Shown here in pieces: positions 47,395-56,724 of a stretch of DNA of 64,000 nt (position 1 is its first letter; every line of letters starts with the position of its first letter). Source of the stretch: Gammaproteobacteria bacterium (GTDB taxonomy: Bacteria > Pseudomonadota > Gammaproteobacteria > Pseudomonadales > Cellvibrionaceae). The notes beneath the pieces were generated by a model. It had not been told where the DNA came from. It searched no databases and worked only from the letters and a program-made list of their open reading frames with translations. A program made the position numbers and the translations under genes. The DNA is taken from positions 3,586 to 67,585 of the forward strand of contig JANYIO010000033.1 in NCBI GenBank assembly GCA_025362015.1, given 5' to 3'.

Positions 47395-48000
47395 TTATTC
47401 CATTATACCGCTATGAAAACGAAACTCTGAATCCACACTTTCAATCAGTGTTTTCTCTAATTCAAGAAATAGTTTGATACGTTCCGAAATATCCTCATCA
47501 CCCGCAGCCTTACGGGCAAGATCCAGATAATCTTCATAGTGGCGCGCCTCTGATTTAAGCAGAGACAAATAAAAACCCTTTAGTTCATCATCTAAATGCG
47601 GCGCCAGTTTCGCAAAACGCTCGCAGGAACGCGCTTCAATAATCGCACCCACAATTAAAGTATCGACAAACCGTGCTGGCTCGTGAGTTCGTACTGGCTT
47701 GCGCAATTCAGACGCGTAACGGCACGGTGTGATTTGTTCATAGGCAATGCCGCGTGCCTGCATTATTTGCATGACTTGTTCGTAATGACGCAACTCTTCG
47801 CGCGCAAGGCGGGACATTTTGTGCATCATGTCAAAATCACCCACATAGCGATACATTAAAGTAATCGCGGTAGAAGCTGCTTTTTTCTCACAGTTCGCAT
47901 GATCAAGCAATAATAAATCCTGGTATTGCAAGGCAGATTTAACCCAGGCATCAGGTGTAGCACAATGTAAAAATTGCTGGATTCGTTCAAGTGAATTCAT
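47395..48000 (-). CDS. miaE: tRNA-(ms2io6A)-hydroxylase
   Basis: DHANCEKKAA, REELRHYE, IEARSCERF and SEARHY di-iron motifs; FRFHSG. Confidence 0.95.
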   Translation of the reverse strand: MNSLERIQQFLHCATPDAWVKSALQYQDLLLLDHANCEKKAASTAITLMYRYVGDFDMMHKMSRLAREELRHYEQVMQIMQARGIAYEQITPCRYASELRKPVRTHEPARFVDTLIVGAIIEARSCERFAKLAPHLDDELKGFYLSLLKSEARHYEDYLDLARKAAGDEDISERIKLFLELEKTLIESVDSEFRFHSGIME

Positions 48001-48009
48001 AGTGAATGA

Positions 48010-48486
48010 TTATTTACTGTCGGGCAGTTGCAAATTAAAATGAGGATTAATATAACGATCATGGTAAGCACAGGAAAGCGCGTAGAAATCCTGATCGATA
48101 TAATCGCGAATATCAGTTAAGGGTGTATTACGCCATGCAGGTAATAATTGCAGACCATAAATATTAAGATTATCAATTTGGCTTGCACCCGCGCGCAACA
48201 AATCAAATACCCAACAATAAGAATTTTGTTCTGAATTGAATTGAAATTGTTGATGTGTTATTTGCGCAAACAATTTTTTTTCATCAACAACTTCAATTTT
48301 ATGCTGCACCACTTGGGTTAAAAAACCTTCCAGGCGCTGCGCAATAATTAAACGCTGCTCGTGACTGTAGGCGTTCCAATCAATCACTTCGTGAGAGAAA
48401 CGTTTGCAACCACGACACACCTGATCACCAATACCGGTTGAGCAAACGCCAATGCAGGGAGTTTTTACTCTTTTAAATAATTGCAT
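48010..48486 (-). CDS. DUF1289-domain protein
   Basis: TPCIGVCSTGIGDQVCRGCKRF..EVIDWN; adjacent to miaE. Confidence 0.85.
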   Translation of the reverse strand: MQLFKRVKTPCIGVCSTGIGDQVCRGCKRFSHEVIDWNAYSHEQRLIIAQRLEGFLTQVVQHKIEVVDEKKLFAQITHQQFQFNSEQNSYCWVFDLLRAGASQIDNLNIYGLQLLPAWRNTPLTDIRDYIDQDFYALSCAYHDRYINPHFNLQLPDSK

Positions 48487-48495
48487 AAAAATAGT

Positions 48496-48534
48496 GTGAC
48501 TATAAACTGTGACTATAAACTGCGACTGTAAACT
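48496..48534. repeat. 13-bp tandem repeat x3
   Basis: GTGACTATAAACT x2, then GCGACTGTAAACT. Confidence 0.85.
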
Positions 48535-48555
48535 ATAAATAGTACGATAAAATAG

Positions 48556-49563
48556 CTAATAAGGCGATCCCGTAACATCTACATCCAATTTCCAAATAGA
48601 ACCGGAGCCGGTTAAATACAACGTTTTACCTTGCACCCCACCAAACGCAGCATTAGTCAGTTTCGCATCTACTTTAATAGTGGCAATTTGTGTGCCTGCG
48701 GGTGTAAATACACGTAGACGTTGCGCGAGATGTTCAGCTACATAGATATTACCGTAGCAATCAACTGCCATACCATCAGGCACATTAACGCCGGTCACCA
48801 AATCCCTACCTGCCTGTGGTACCCCGTTCACAATTGGGTAAGCGCGCAATACACCCTGCTCGCCACCACCATCAACATAAAGTATGTCGCCCGCTGGCGA
48901 CAATGCAATACCATTAGGGTTCTTAATAGTGTCATCAACGACTGTCACGGTACCATCCGTTGCCACGCGATAAACACGGGTTTTTTCTTGGCCTATTGCA
49001 GCAGCATCGTGCTGAAAATTTGGATCAGTAAAATAAATAGTGCCATCCTTTGCAATGGTTAAATCATTCGGCGAATTAAAGCCATTGCCATTATATTTCT
49101 CAGCCACAGATGTACGCTCACCGGTAGCAAGATTATAACGCGATAAACTTTCGTATTTGTGTGTCGCCGCAACAATAAAACCTTGTGCATCCACCGCCAA
49201 ACCATTACTGCCACTATCGCTAATTATCGTGGTCATAACACCGTCGGTATCCAAACGTTGAATGCGCGATGGAAAGCCTTGGCCAAACGTAAAATCAGAA
49301 AAATATAACGCACCATTAATCCACACTGGGCCTTCGTATAAACCTGGTTCAGTACGCGCTGGGTTGGCCGTCACAATGCGTTCGGCAACCAAGTCACCGG
49401 CAGGTGCAACGCCGGTACAAGCGGTTGATACAAGCGCAACCGGCTCAACCGGTATCGCTTTAATTTCTGCAGAGTCAGAGGCTTTTTGCTGACATTCCAT
49501 CAATGCAAATACTGATAGGTTTAACGCCACAAAAGTGGTAACAGAAAAATTATTTATTTTCAT
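48556..49563 (-). CDS. SMP-30/gluconolactonase/LRE-family exported protein
   Basis: EGPVW, SNGLA, NSPNDL, YFTDP, PNGIALSP, PDGMAVD and TNAAFGG. Confidence 0.92.
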   Translation of the reverse strand: MKINNFSVTTFVALNLSVFALMECQQKASDSAEIKAIPVEPVALVSTACTGVAPAGDLVAERIVTANPARTEPGLYEGPVWINGALYFSDFTFGQGFPSRIQRLDTDGVMTTIISDSGSNGLAVDAQGFIVAATHKYESLSRYNLATGERTSVAEKYNGNGFNSPNDLTIAKDGTIYFTDPNFQHDAAAIGQEKTRVYRVATDGTVTVVDDTIKNPNGIALSPAGDILYVDGGGEQGVLRAYPIVNGVPQAGRDLVTGVNVPDGMAVDCYGNIYVAEHLAQRLRVFTPAGTQIATIKVDAKLTNAAFGGVQGKTLYLTGSGSIWKLDVDVTGSPY

Positions 49564-49703
49564 GATATTTCTCATGTTGTTGGTTTTTGATTATCAATAT
49601 TTTTTAAAGCACTTACTACACGCCCAATAAAAAAACGTCGAAAAATGCTCTACATGAACGAAAGATCCTAGCTTAATGAAATAGTTCCTGGTGCTCTCTT
49701 AGG

Positions 49704-49754
49704 CATTTATAACAATTAGACATTTATAAAAATTAGCCATTTATAACAATTCCA
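49704..49754. repeat. 17-bp tandem repeat x3
   Basis: CATTTATAACAATTAGA / CATTTATAAAAATTAGC / CATTTATAACAATTCCA. Confidence 0.8.
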
Positions 49755-49840
49755 GAACTCTATACATATCGAAGTACCTGTGCATAGAAAAACATGTTTT
49801 TAATAGGAGTACATTAGCACATGTACAGAAATCGGTATTT

Positions 49841-50353
49841 TTAAAAATCTACCGCACTGCGCACTAAAAAATCTTCTCTCAACGCGCTCCGCGATGCCTG
49901 GTCCACCAACGCAAATAGTTTATCAATCCCATTTTTCCGATGCGAAGGCTGGTGGCCTACCACTTTGACAAACTCGCAATTAAGTACTGAGGTCAAGCGA
50001 TAAAATTCCTGATACAACGCATAATTATTAAGCTGTTTATTTTTACTCGAGCAATAATTACGTTGCTCAAGGCGAGTGCGGCGCTTCGGCAGGCCGATTA
50101 TATTTTGCGAATCGGTATAAGCCGTCAAAATAAAGTCGCTGCCGTTAGCCGCCGCGATGACTTCAGCAACAGCCCATAACAAAGTTTGCAATTCCAATTT
50201 GGTTGAACTGGTTTGTTCAAAGCACTTCACTTTAACGTTATCGTTTAAGAACTCTAATGGTATACCTAAATCAGTTACCACAAGGTAAGCACCATACCCC
50301 ACCTTAGATTTGGCATTAACGCTACCGTCGGTAAAAATATGTAGGTGGAACAT
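49841..50353 (-). CDS. Ribonuclease H-like protein
   Basis: FTDGS, KLELQ, YTDSQ, KVVGH and VDQASR give the D-E-D-D tetrad. Confidence 0.85.
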   Translation of the reverse strand: MFHLHIFTDGSVNAKSKVGYGAYLVVTDLGIPLEFLNDNVKVKCFEQTSSTKLELQTLLWAVAEVIAAANGSDFILTAYTDSQNIIGLPKRRTRLEQRNYCSSKNKQLNNYALYQEFYRLTSVLNCEFVKVVGHQPSHRKNGIDKLFALVDQASRSALREDFLVRSAVDF

Positions 50354-50440
50354 ACTGACAGTAAACCTTAATTCAGAAAAATACAGGGTTGAAGAAAATA
50401 TCTAATCGCGTAGATGATTAAAAAAACGAACGGCAAAGAA

Positions 50441-51721
50441 TTAAAGCTGAGCCTTGCGACGCAAGAACACACTAGCCCATGCGAACAGCCCCATCATCAA
50501 TAAGGCGTAACCCGGCATTTGCCATAGTAACGCACTGCGCAGTGCTGTACCCGCAGGGTGATCGGGGAAACTAGCCAATAACCCGGAGAATCCTAGACTA
50601 AAAAGACCATAGCCAAGATTAAATATGAGACCCTTGACTGAAAGAACTGTTGCCCGCTTTGCAGAGTCCGCCTCTTGATGAAGTACACGACTGACGGTAA
50701 AGCCAAGGAAGCCCATGATCGTCATTAAAAACATCGCCGGCAAAACCCCAAAAATAGGCCATGCAGGGACTAACGCGGCCAACCCGATCAATGCACCCAC
50801 AGCCACAAATCCTAAATTTGCCAACATACTGAAACGATTATTTAAGTGCTTCGCAATTGCGGGAACAAACCAAGCTAACACCCCCATCGCCGCGCCGAGG
50901 AATCCGTAAGTCCATTCTGGCAAGTCAATCAGCCGATAGTAACTGCTATTGATGGTTGCGAAATTACGCACAATTGAATCGATCGCCACGCCAATTAGCA
51001 CGACCACCAGTATTCTAGGGTGCGTAAAAGCCCAGCGCGCAGTAGTGAGTGTGATCTGGATTGCATGCTTTAAAGTCGACCCCGCCGCTGCATGAGTCGG
51101 CTCAACCATTCTCAAGGTAATAAATAAACATACCAGCGCTTGGCATAGTACCAAAGCAACGGGCAGCCGATGTGCAACATCTGCCGACAACTGAATGCCC
51201 GCAGGTAAAAAATGATTTATGAATGATGGATCGTAGAGCACGCCGCCAAGAATCATTGCTATAACAAAACCTACTGAGCGCCAGCGCATTGTGCTGGCAA
51301 GCAACCTATCCCAAGCGGCGGCACGACCTTCTTCGCGTAATGAATCATAAGCCAGTGCTTCATCTGCGCCACTTGCACAGGCCTCGGAGAGCCCGGAACA
51401 AATCCGATTGATCACACAGAGCGAGAACAAAATCATCCCGCCATTGCGAGGTGCCAGGAGCAAACAAAGCATCTCCACCACCATCAACACTGCTGCCGTA
51501 ATTAATAATTTCCGCCGCCCTATCGTATCCGCCAACGCCCCCGAGGGCACCTCAAATAAAAAAATCGTCACCGCCCAAATAAGATTAAGTAAAACGAATT
51601 GATCCAGACTAAGCCCAAGATCAAGAAACAAAATCGCCAACACGGGATAATAAGCCCGCGCAGTAAAGAACACCGAGAAGATAACAAAGCGCTGAGGGTT
51701 ACGTGACAAATCGGAATTCAT
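50441..51721 (-). CDS. MFS transporter
   Basis: FEVPSGALADTIGRRK motif, SGADEALAYDSL, RATVLS, about 12 TM segments. Confidence 0.9.
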   Translation of the reverse strand: MNSDLSRNPQRFVIFSVFFTARAYYPVLAILFLDLGLSLDQFVLLNLIWAVTIFLFEVPSGALADTIGRRKLLITAAVLMVVEMLCLLLAPRNGGMILFSLCVINRICSGLSEACASGADEALAYDSLREEGRAAAWDRLLASTMRWRSVGFVIAMILGGVLYDPSFINHFLPAGIQLSADVAHRLPVALVLCQALVCLFITLRMVEPTHAAAGSTLKHAIQITLTTARWAFTHPRILVVVLIGVAIDSIVRNFATINSSYYRLIDLPEWTYGFLGAAMGVLAWFVPAIAKHLNNRFSMLANLGFVAVGALIGLAALVPAWPIFGVLPAMFLMTIMGFLGFTVSRVLHQEADSAKRATVLSVKGLIFNLGYGLFSLGFSGLLASFPDHPAGTALRSALLWQMPGYALLMMGLFAWASVFLRRKAQL

Positions 51722-51785
51722 TCAATTGCACCTTATTCAATTGCATCTTAGATGTAGAGGAGGCCAGGTATGAAACTAACAAAAG

Positions 51786-51821
51786 AAAACGCCGCAAAAG
51801 CAAAAACTTTTACGGCGTTTT
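51786..51821 (-). terminator. Intrinsic terminator after the chitinase gene
   Basis: AAAACGCCGCAAAAG...CTTTTACGGCGTTTT. Confidence 0.7.
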
Positions 51822-51865
51822 TTATTCCAACAGTACTATTAAATACTATTGTCTGTGATTAAGCA

Positions 51866-53191
51866 TTAACAACCAAGAGCTCCTGGCCCAGCAGAGCCAC
51901 CAAGAATATTAAGAATACGTTGATACTCATTAATACGGTTTTGCACTTGGGCAGCATTTCCACCATTGCATTCTATGGATCCATTGATAGTACGGATAGT
52001 TTCACCAAAACCAGCACCGTTAACCATGGCATTATGGGAAGTTTGATTACCAGCCCCAGTTTGGGTCATCCAGAACCAAATCGCTGTTTTCCAGGCAACA
52101 GTTGCATTTTGCTCAACCAGGTCAGGATTCGCACGCAAATCTAAACCAAGGGCATCACCAGCAGCACAGTAGTTACCATTCCAGCTTAACTGAATTGGAC
52201 CGCGACCGTAGTACCATCTTCCAGGTTCGCACGGACAAGTACTTGGGTTATTGTCCCAATCGCCACAGTACAGATTTTTTGCTATTTCAGTTACGTAAAC
52301 CAATCCACCGGTTTCATGACTAAAATTCGCCATAGCAGCCGCAGCCTCACGTTTTTTAGTGTCTAAACTACCCGTTGTAGAAAATGCCGAAAAGGCTTTG
52401 GCAGCTTCAACTAAACCAGAATAAGTGTAGAAACTATTGCGGCCCGGGAAGATTTGACCGAATTGAGATTCACTCACAATTGCAGCAAAGCCAGAACCAC
52501 CACCCACTGAAGAGCTGGAGTTACCACCACCAGAACAGGATCCACCAGCAGCCCAGAACCATGTGCTGATGACGGGATCATAACCAGGATTATCGTGTAA
52601 CGCAGCGTAGGAAGAACCGTTATAGTTCACAACGTTGCCCGTGAAGTATTGCGTACCGGCAGCCCAATTTGGACATACAGGTGCAACACTACTTTTTGCT
52701 GAACTGGTAGTGCCACTACTAGGGCAAGATGCAACCGGATCCCAGAACCAGGTACTTATTACCGGGTCGTAACCAGGATTATCATGTTCAGCAATGTAGT
52801 ATGAACCATTGTATTTAACGACAATGCCCGTTGCATAATTAGTACCTGCAGCCCAGTTTGGGCATGAGCCTCCGGTAGTAGTCGTTGACGATGCCGCAGC
52901 GCTAGTAGCACGTGAAGCTGTACTGCTAGATGCACCGCCAGTAGTACCACAAGCACCCAAAGCTGCCCATGCATTTGTCCACGCCCAACCCGAACCTGGA
53001 TTGTATGGCCCCCCAATTGAACACCATCCACCTTCGGTACATCGGTAAGCACTACCGCCATTTTGTACAATGGTGTTGGTAGTATAACTATGCCCATCTA
53101 CATATTGCGCAACGCCAGAACAGTTGTACGCATATGCCTGACTTGTGAGTAACACAGCAAACAATAAACCCATAACTTTTATTATATTCAT
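51866..53191 (-). CDS. GH19 chitinase: signal peptide, CBM73-like module, two CBM5/12-like modules, catalytic domain
   Basis: AYA-Y signal; YRC..GGWC.IGGPY.PG.GWAW; two CPNWAAGT..YNGS.Y.A.HDNPGYDPVISTWFW units; HETGG, YYGRGPIQLSWNGNY and INGSIEC. Confidence 0.93.
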   Translation of the reverse strand: MNIIKVMGLLFAVLLTSQAYAYNCSGVAQYVDGHSYTTNTIVQNGGSAYRCTEGGWCSIGGPYNPGSGWAWTNAWAALGACGTTGGASSSTASRATSAAASSTTTTGGSCPNWAAGTNYATGIVVKYNGSYYIAEHDNPGYDPVISTWFWDPVASCPSSGTTSSAKSSVAPVCPNWAAGTQYFTGNVVNYNGSSYAALHDNPGYDPVISTWFWAAGGSCSGGGNSSSSVGGGSGFAAIVSESQFGQIFPGRNSFYTYSGLVEAAKAFSAFSTTGSLDTKKREAAAAMANFSHETGGLVYVTEIAKNLYCGDWDNNPSTCPCEPGRWYYGRGPIQLSWNGNYCAAGDALGLDLRANPDLVEQNATVAWKTAIWFWMTQTGAGNQTSHNAMVNGAGFGETIRTINGSIECNGGNAAQVQNRINEYQRILNILGGSAGPGALGC

Positions 53192-53462
53192 AACCTGTAG
53201 TGTCCTAATTTATTTTCCCGACAATTCGGGCGCAATAGTTGAATCAGTAAAATGATTCATTTTTTGACACAGAAATACGATTTTATTTACTCCAGGGCAC
53301 ACGACTACAAAATAAATTCATAAATTTCTATACATTAAAATGTAAATTTTGATGTCAAAAAAAGTATCAAATTATTATTTCCAAAAATATCGTAATTTCA
53401 CTGTGCGGTTAGAGCTTAAGTCCAGAAAAGACGTATCAAGCGAAAATAGGCTAACCCCAGAA

Positions 53463-53474
53463 GACAACGTTGTC
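53463..53474. promoter_or_regulatory. Perfect palindrome, LacI-family operator-like
   Basis: GACAACGTTGTC, about 270 bp upstream of the chitinase ATG. Confidence 0.5.
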
Positions 53475-54012
53475 AATTTCATTAGCGCGCATTTGTATAG
53501 ATCGTTAAATTAGTTAAAATATTTTATTTTTGTAACCATAAGAAACTCTGCATGTTACCGTTTCTCTAAAAGAGAGAGTTACTACTAATACTTAAACTAG
53601 AAAAAATTCGTTTAAAAAACTATCAAGTTATTTTTTAATGCGCATTCGAAATAACATTTTATTGATGGAAATATAGTTGCGATTTTAGTTACGATTATTG
53701 TTGCGATTAACGCTCGATGAACTCACATAAAAAGTGTGTTTTTGTGCCGAGCACACAACAAGTGATTTAATAATTAAAGTGCCAAACAATACACCCGTCG
53801 CTGCGAAAAAACCTGGAGGAAAATCTAGAGGAAAGACCGCAGATTCACCCTAAGCTCACCTTAGTTAACAGCCCTTAACGCATCATGTATACTTGGCGCC
53901 CGATTTACCGCTCTTGCCAGAGCAGTTAAATCCAATCCATGAAGGTCATGGATAGCCTCTTGAAGCAGAGATCCTGCGGAGGGAGTAAACCCACACTAAT
54001 GAGGATAAAATT

Positions 54013-56649
54013 GTGCTTAAAGCCTACCGTAACCATGTTGCCGAACGCGCTGCTGAAGGTGTTCCGCCAAAACCACTTAACGCTGAACAAGTCGCAGGCT
54101 TAGTTGAACTGTTAAAAAATCCCCCCGCTGGTGAAGCTGAAGTATTACTGGATTTAATCACCAACCGTGTTCCGCCCGGTGTTGATGAAGCAGCCTACGT
54201 TAAAGCTGCATTCTTAAGTGCGATATTAAAAAATGAAGCTACAACTGGTCTTGTAAACGGCAGCCCTCTTATTGATAAGCCCCTGGCGATAAAACTGCTC
54301 GGTATGATGTTGGGCGGTTACAACATTGAAACTCTCGTAAACTTATTGGATGACAAAACTCTTGCCCCGCTTGCGACTAATGAGCTGAAACACACCTTGC
54401 TGATGTTTGATGCATTCCACGATGTGGAAGAGATGGTAAAAGCTGGGAATGTTTATGCAAAAGAACTAATGCAATCCTGGGCCGACGGTGAATGGTTTAC
54501 CAGTAAGCCTAAAGTACCGCAGAGCACCAAGCTCACTGTTTTAAAAGTCACCGGTGAAACCAATACTGATGATTTGTCGCCAGCACCCGATGCCTGGTCA
54601 CGCCCCGATATCCCGCTTCACGCCCTGGCTATGTTCAAAATGGCGCGCGATGGTTTAACACCTGATCAATCCGGCTCTGTTGGCCCAATCAAACAAATTG
54701 CAGCACTAAAAACCAAAGGTTACCCTCTGGTATTTGTCGGTGATGTTGTCGGTACTGGCTCTTCACGCAAATCCGCGACCAACTCGGTATTGTGGTTTAT
54801 CGGTGAAGACATTCCCGGTGTACCGAACAAGCGTACTGGTGGTGTGTGTATCGGCAACAACGTAGCACCAATTTTTTACAATACGATGGAAGATGCCGGT
54901 GCCCTGGTATTTGAAGCCCCGGTAGAAAAATTAAACATGGGCGATGTGATTGAAATTCGCCCTTACGAAGGCAAAATCCTTAATGCAGAAACTGGAGCTG
55001 TATTGTCAGAGTTCAGCTTGAAATCAGACGTGTTATTGGATGAAGTTCAAGCCGGCGGCCGTATTCCTTTAATCGTTGGCCGTGGTTTAACCACTAAGGC
55101 ACGCGCTTCATTGGGTTTACCCGTAAGCACCCTATTCCGCTTGCCAGAAACGCCAAAAGATACTGGCAAAGGTTACACTCTCGCACAAAAAATGGTTGGC
55201 AAAGCCTGCGGCACTGCAGGCATTCGCCCTGGTACTTATTGCGAACCCTACATGACTACCGTAGGTTCACAAGATACCACTGGCCCTATGACCCGCGATG
55301 AACTTAAAGACTTGGCGTGCTTAGGTTTTTCTGCTGACTTGACCATGCAGTCTTTCTGCCATACAGCCGCTTATCCAAAACCAGTCGACATTGAAACCCA
55401 ACACACATTGCCTGATTTCATGATGACCCGCGGTGGTGTTTCCCTGCGCCCTGGTGACGGTATTATTCACAGTTGGTTAAACCGTATGTTGTTGCCTGAC
55501 ACAGTAGGCACTGGTGGCGATTCACATACTCGCTTCCCGATGGGTATTTCCTTCCCTGCCGGTTCTGGCTTGGTTGCATTTGCGGCAGCTACAGGTGTTA
55601 TGCCTCTGGATATGCCGGAGTCGGTATTGGTTCGCTTCAAAGGCTCGTTACAGCCCGGCATTACCTTGCGTGACCTGGTCAACGCGATTCCGCTTTATGC
55701 CATCAAGGCAGGTTTGTTGACAGTCGACAAAAAAGGCAAAAAGAATATTTTCTCTGGCCGCATCCTTGAAGTTGAAGGCTTGCCAACATTGAAAGTTGAA
55801 CAAGCGTTTGAAATTTCTGACGCATCTGCCGAGCGTTCTGCAGCGGGCTGTACTATCAAGATGGACCCTGCTCCGATTATTGAATACATGACATCCAACA
55901 TCACCATGTTGCGCTGGATGATTCAACAGGGTTACGGCGATGTCCGTACCCTTGAGCGTCGCGCGAAGAAAATGGAAGCCTGGATTGCTAACCCTGAATT
56001 GATGGAAGCAGATAAAGATGCAGAATACGCTGCGATTATCGATATCGATTTAGCGGATATTAAAGAACCCATTCTCGCCTGCCCTAATGACCCGGACGAT
56101 GTAAAAATATTATCTGAAGTTGCCGGTGCAAAAATTGATGAAGTATTTATCGGTTCATGTATGACCAACATCGGCCACTTCCGCGCCGCAGGTAAATTGT
56201 TAGCATCGACCAAAGAAGAATTAACAACACGCTTGTGGATTGCCCCGCCCACCAAAATGGACGAACATCAATTAGTTGAAGAAGGTTACTACAGTATTTT
56301 TGGTACCAAAGGCGCGCGCACTGAAATGCCGGGCTGCTCATTATGCATGGGCAATCAGGCACGTGTTGCACCAAACTCAACGGTGGTTTCTACCTCTACC
56401 CGTAACTTCCCCAACCGTTTAGGTAATGGTGCCAATGTGTACCTTGCTTCGGCAGAATTGGCGGCAATTGCGGCAGTCCTGGGCAAGTTACCAACACCCG
56501 AGGAATACCAAAGTTATGCGCAAAAAATTAACAGCATGAGCAGCGAAATTTATCGCTACCTCAACTTTAATGAAATTGCGAGTTACCAAAATGCAGCGGA
56601 TGAAGGTAAAAGAATTGCTGCCGTTGAAATACAAACTGTAGCGATTTAA
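54013..56649 (+). CDS. acnB: Aconitate hydratase B
   Basis: [50 protein letters not shown] and [10 protein letters not shown]; GTG start with GAGG RBS. Confidence 0.98.
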   Translation: MLKAYRNHVAERAAEGVPPKPLNAEQVAGLVELLKNPPAGEAEVLLDLITNRVPPGVDEAAYVKAAFLSAILKNEATTGLVNGSPLIDKPLAIKLLGMMLGGYNIETLVNLLDDKTLAPLATNELKHTLLMFDAFHDVEEMVKAGNVYAKELMQSWADGEWFTSKPKVPQSTKLTVLKVTGETNTDDLSPAPDAWSRPDIPLHALAMFKMARDGLTPDQSGSVGPIKQIAALKTKGYPLVFVGDVVGTGSSRKSATNSVLWFIGEDIPGVPNKRTGGVCIGNNVAPIFYNTMEDAGALVFEAPVEKLNMGDVIEIRPYEGKILNAETGAVLSEFSLKSDVLLDEVQAGGRIPLIVGRGLTTKARASLGLPVSTLFRLPETPKDTGKGYTLAQKMVGKACGTAGIRPGTYCEPYMTTVGSQDTTGPMTRDELKDLACLGFSADLTMQSFCHTAAYPKPVDIETQHTLPDFMMTRGGVSLRPGDGIIHSWLNRMLLPDTVGTGGDSHTRFPMGISFPAGSGLVAFAAATGVMPLDMPESVLVRFKGSLQPGITLRDLVNAIPLYAIKAGLLTVDKKGKKNIFSGRILEVEGLPTLKVEQAFEISDASAERSAAGCTIKMDPAPIIEYMTSNITMLRWMIQQGYGDVRTLERRAKKMEAWIANPELMEADKDAEYAAIIDIDLADIKEPILACPNDPDDVKILSEVAGAKIDEVFIGSCMTNIGHFRAAGKLLASTKEELTTRLWIAPPTKMDEHQLVEEGYYSIFGTKGARTEMPGCSLCMGNQARVAPNSTVVSTSTRNFPNRLGNGANVYLASAELAAIAAVLGKLPTPEEYQSYAQKINSMSSEIYRYLNFNEIASYQNAADEGKRIAAVEIQTVAI

Positions 56650-56679
56650 TAAGCGCTGATTTAACTATCATCTGCGCAT

Positions 56680-56710
56680 AAAAAAACCCGCAAAATTTGC
56701 GGGTTTTTTT
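56680..56710. terminator. Bidirectional terminator between acnB and fliD
   Basis: AAAAAAACCCGCAAA-a-TTTGCGGGTTTTTTT. Confidence 0.85.
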
Positions 56711-56724
56711 ATTTTCACCAAATT

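Noticed and set aside
53760-54010. Riboswitch or sRNA in the acnB leader (hairpin ATCCATGA/TCATGGAT, several GGA motifs)
   Set aside because: No match to a riboswitch consensus I know, and the GGA motifs are not clearly in loops; insufficient evidence.
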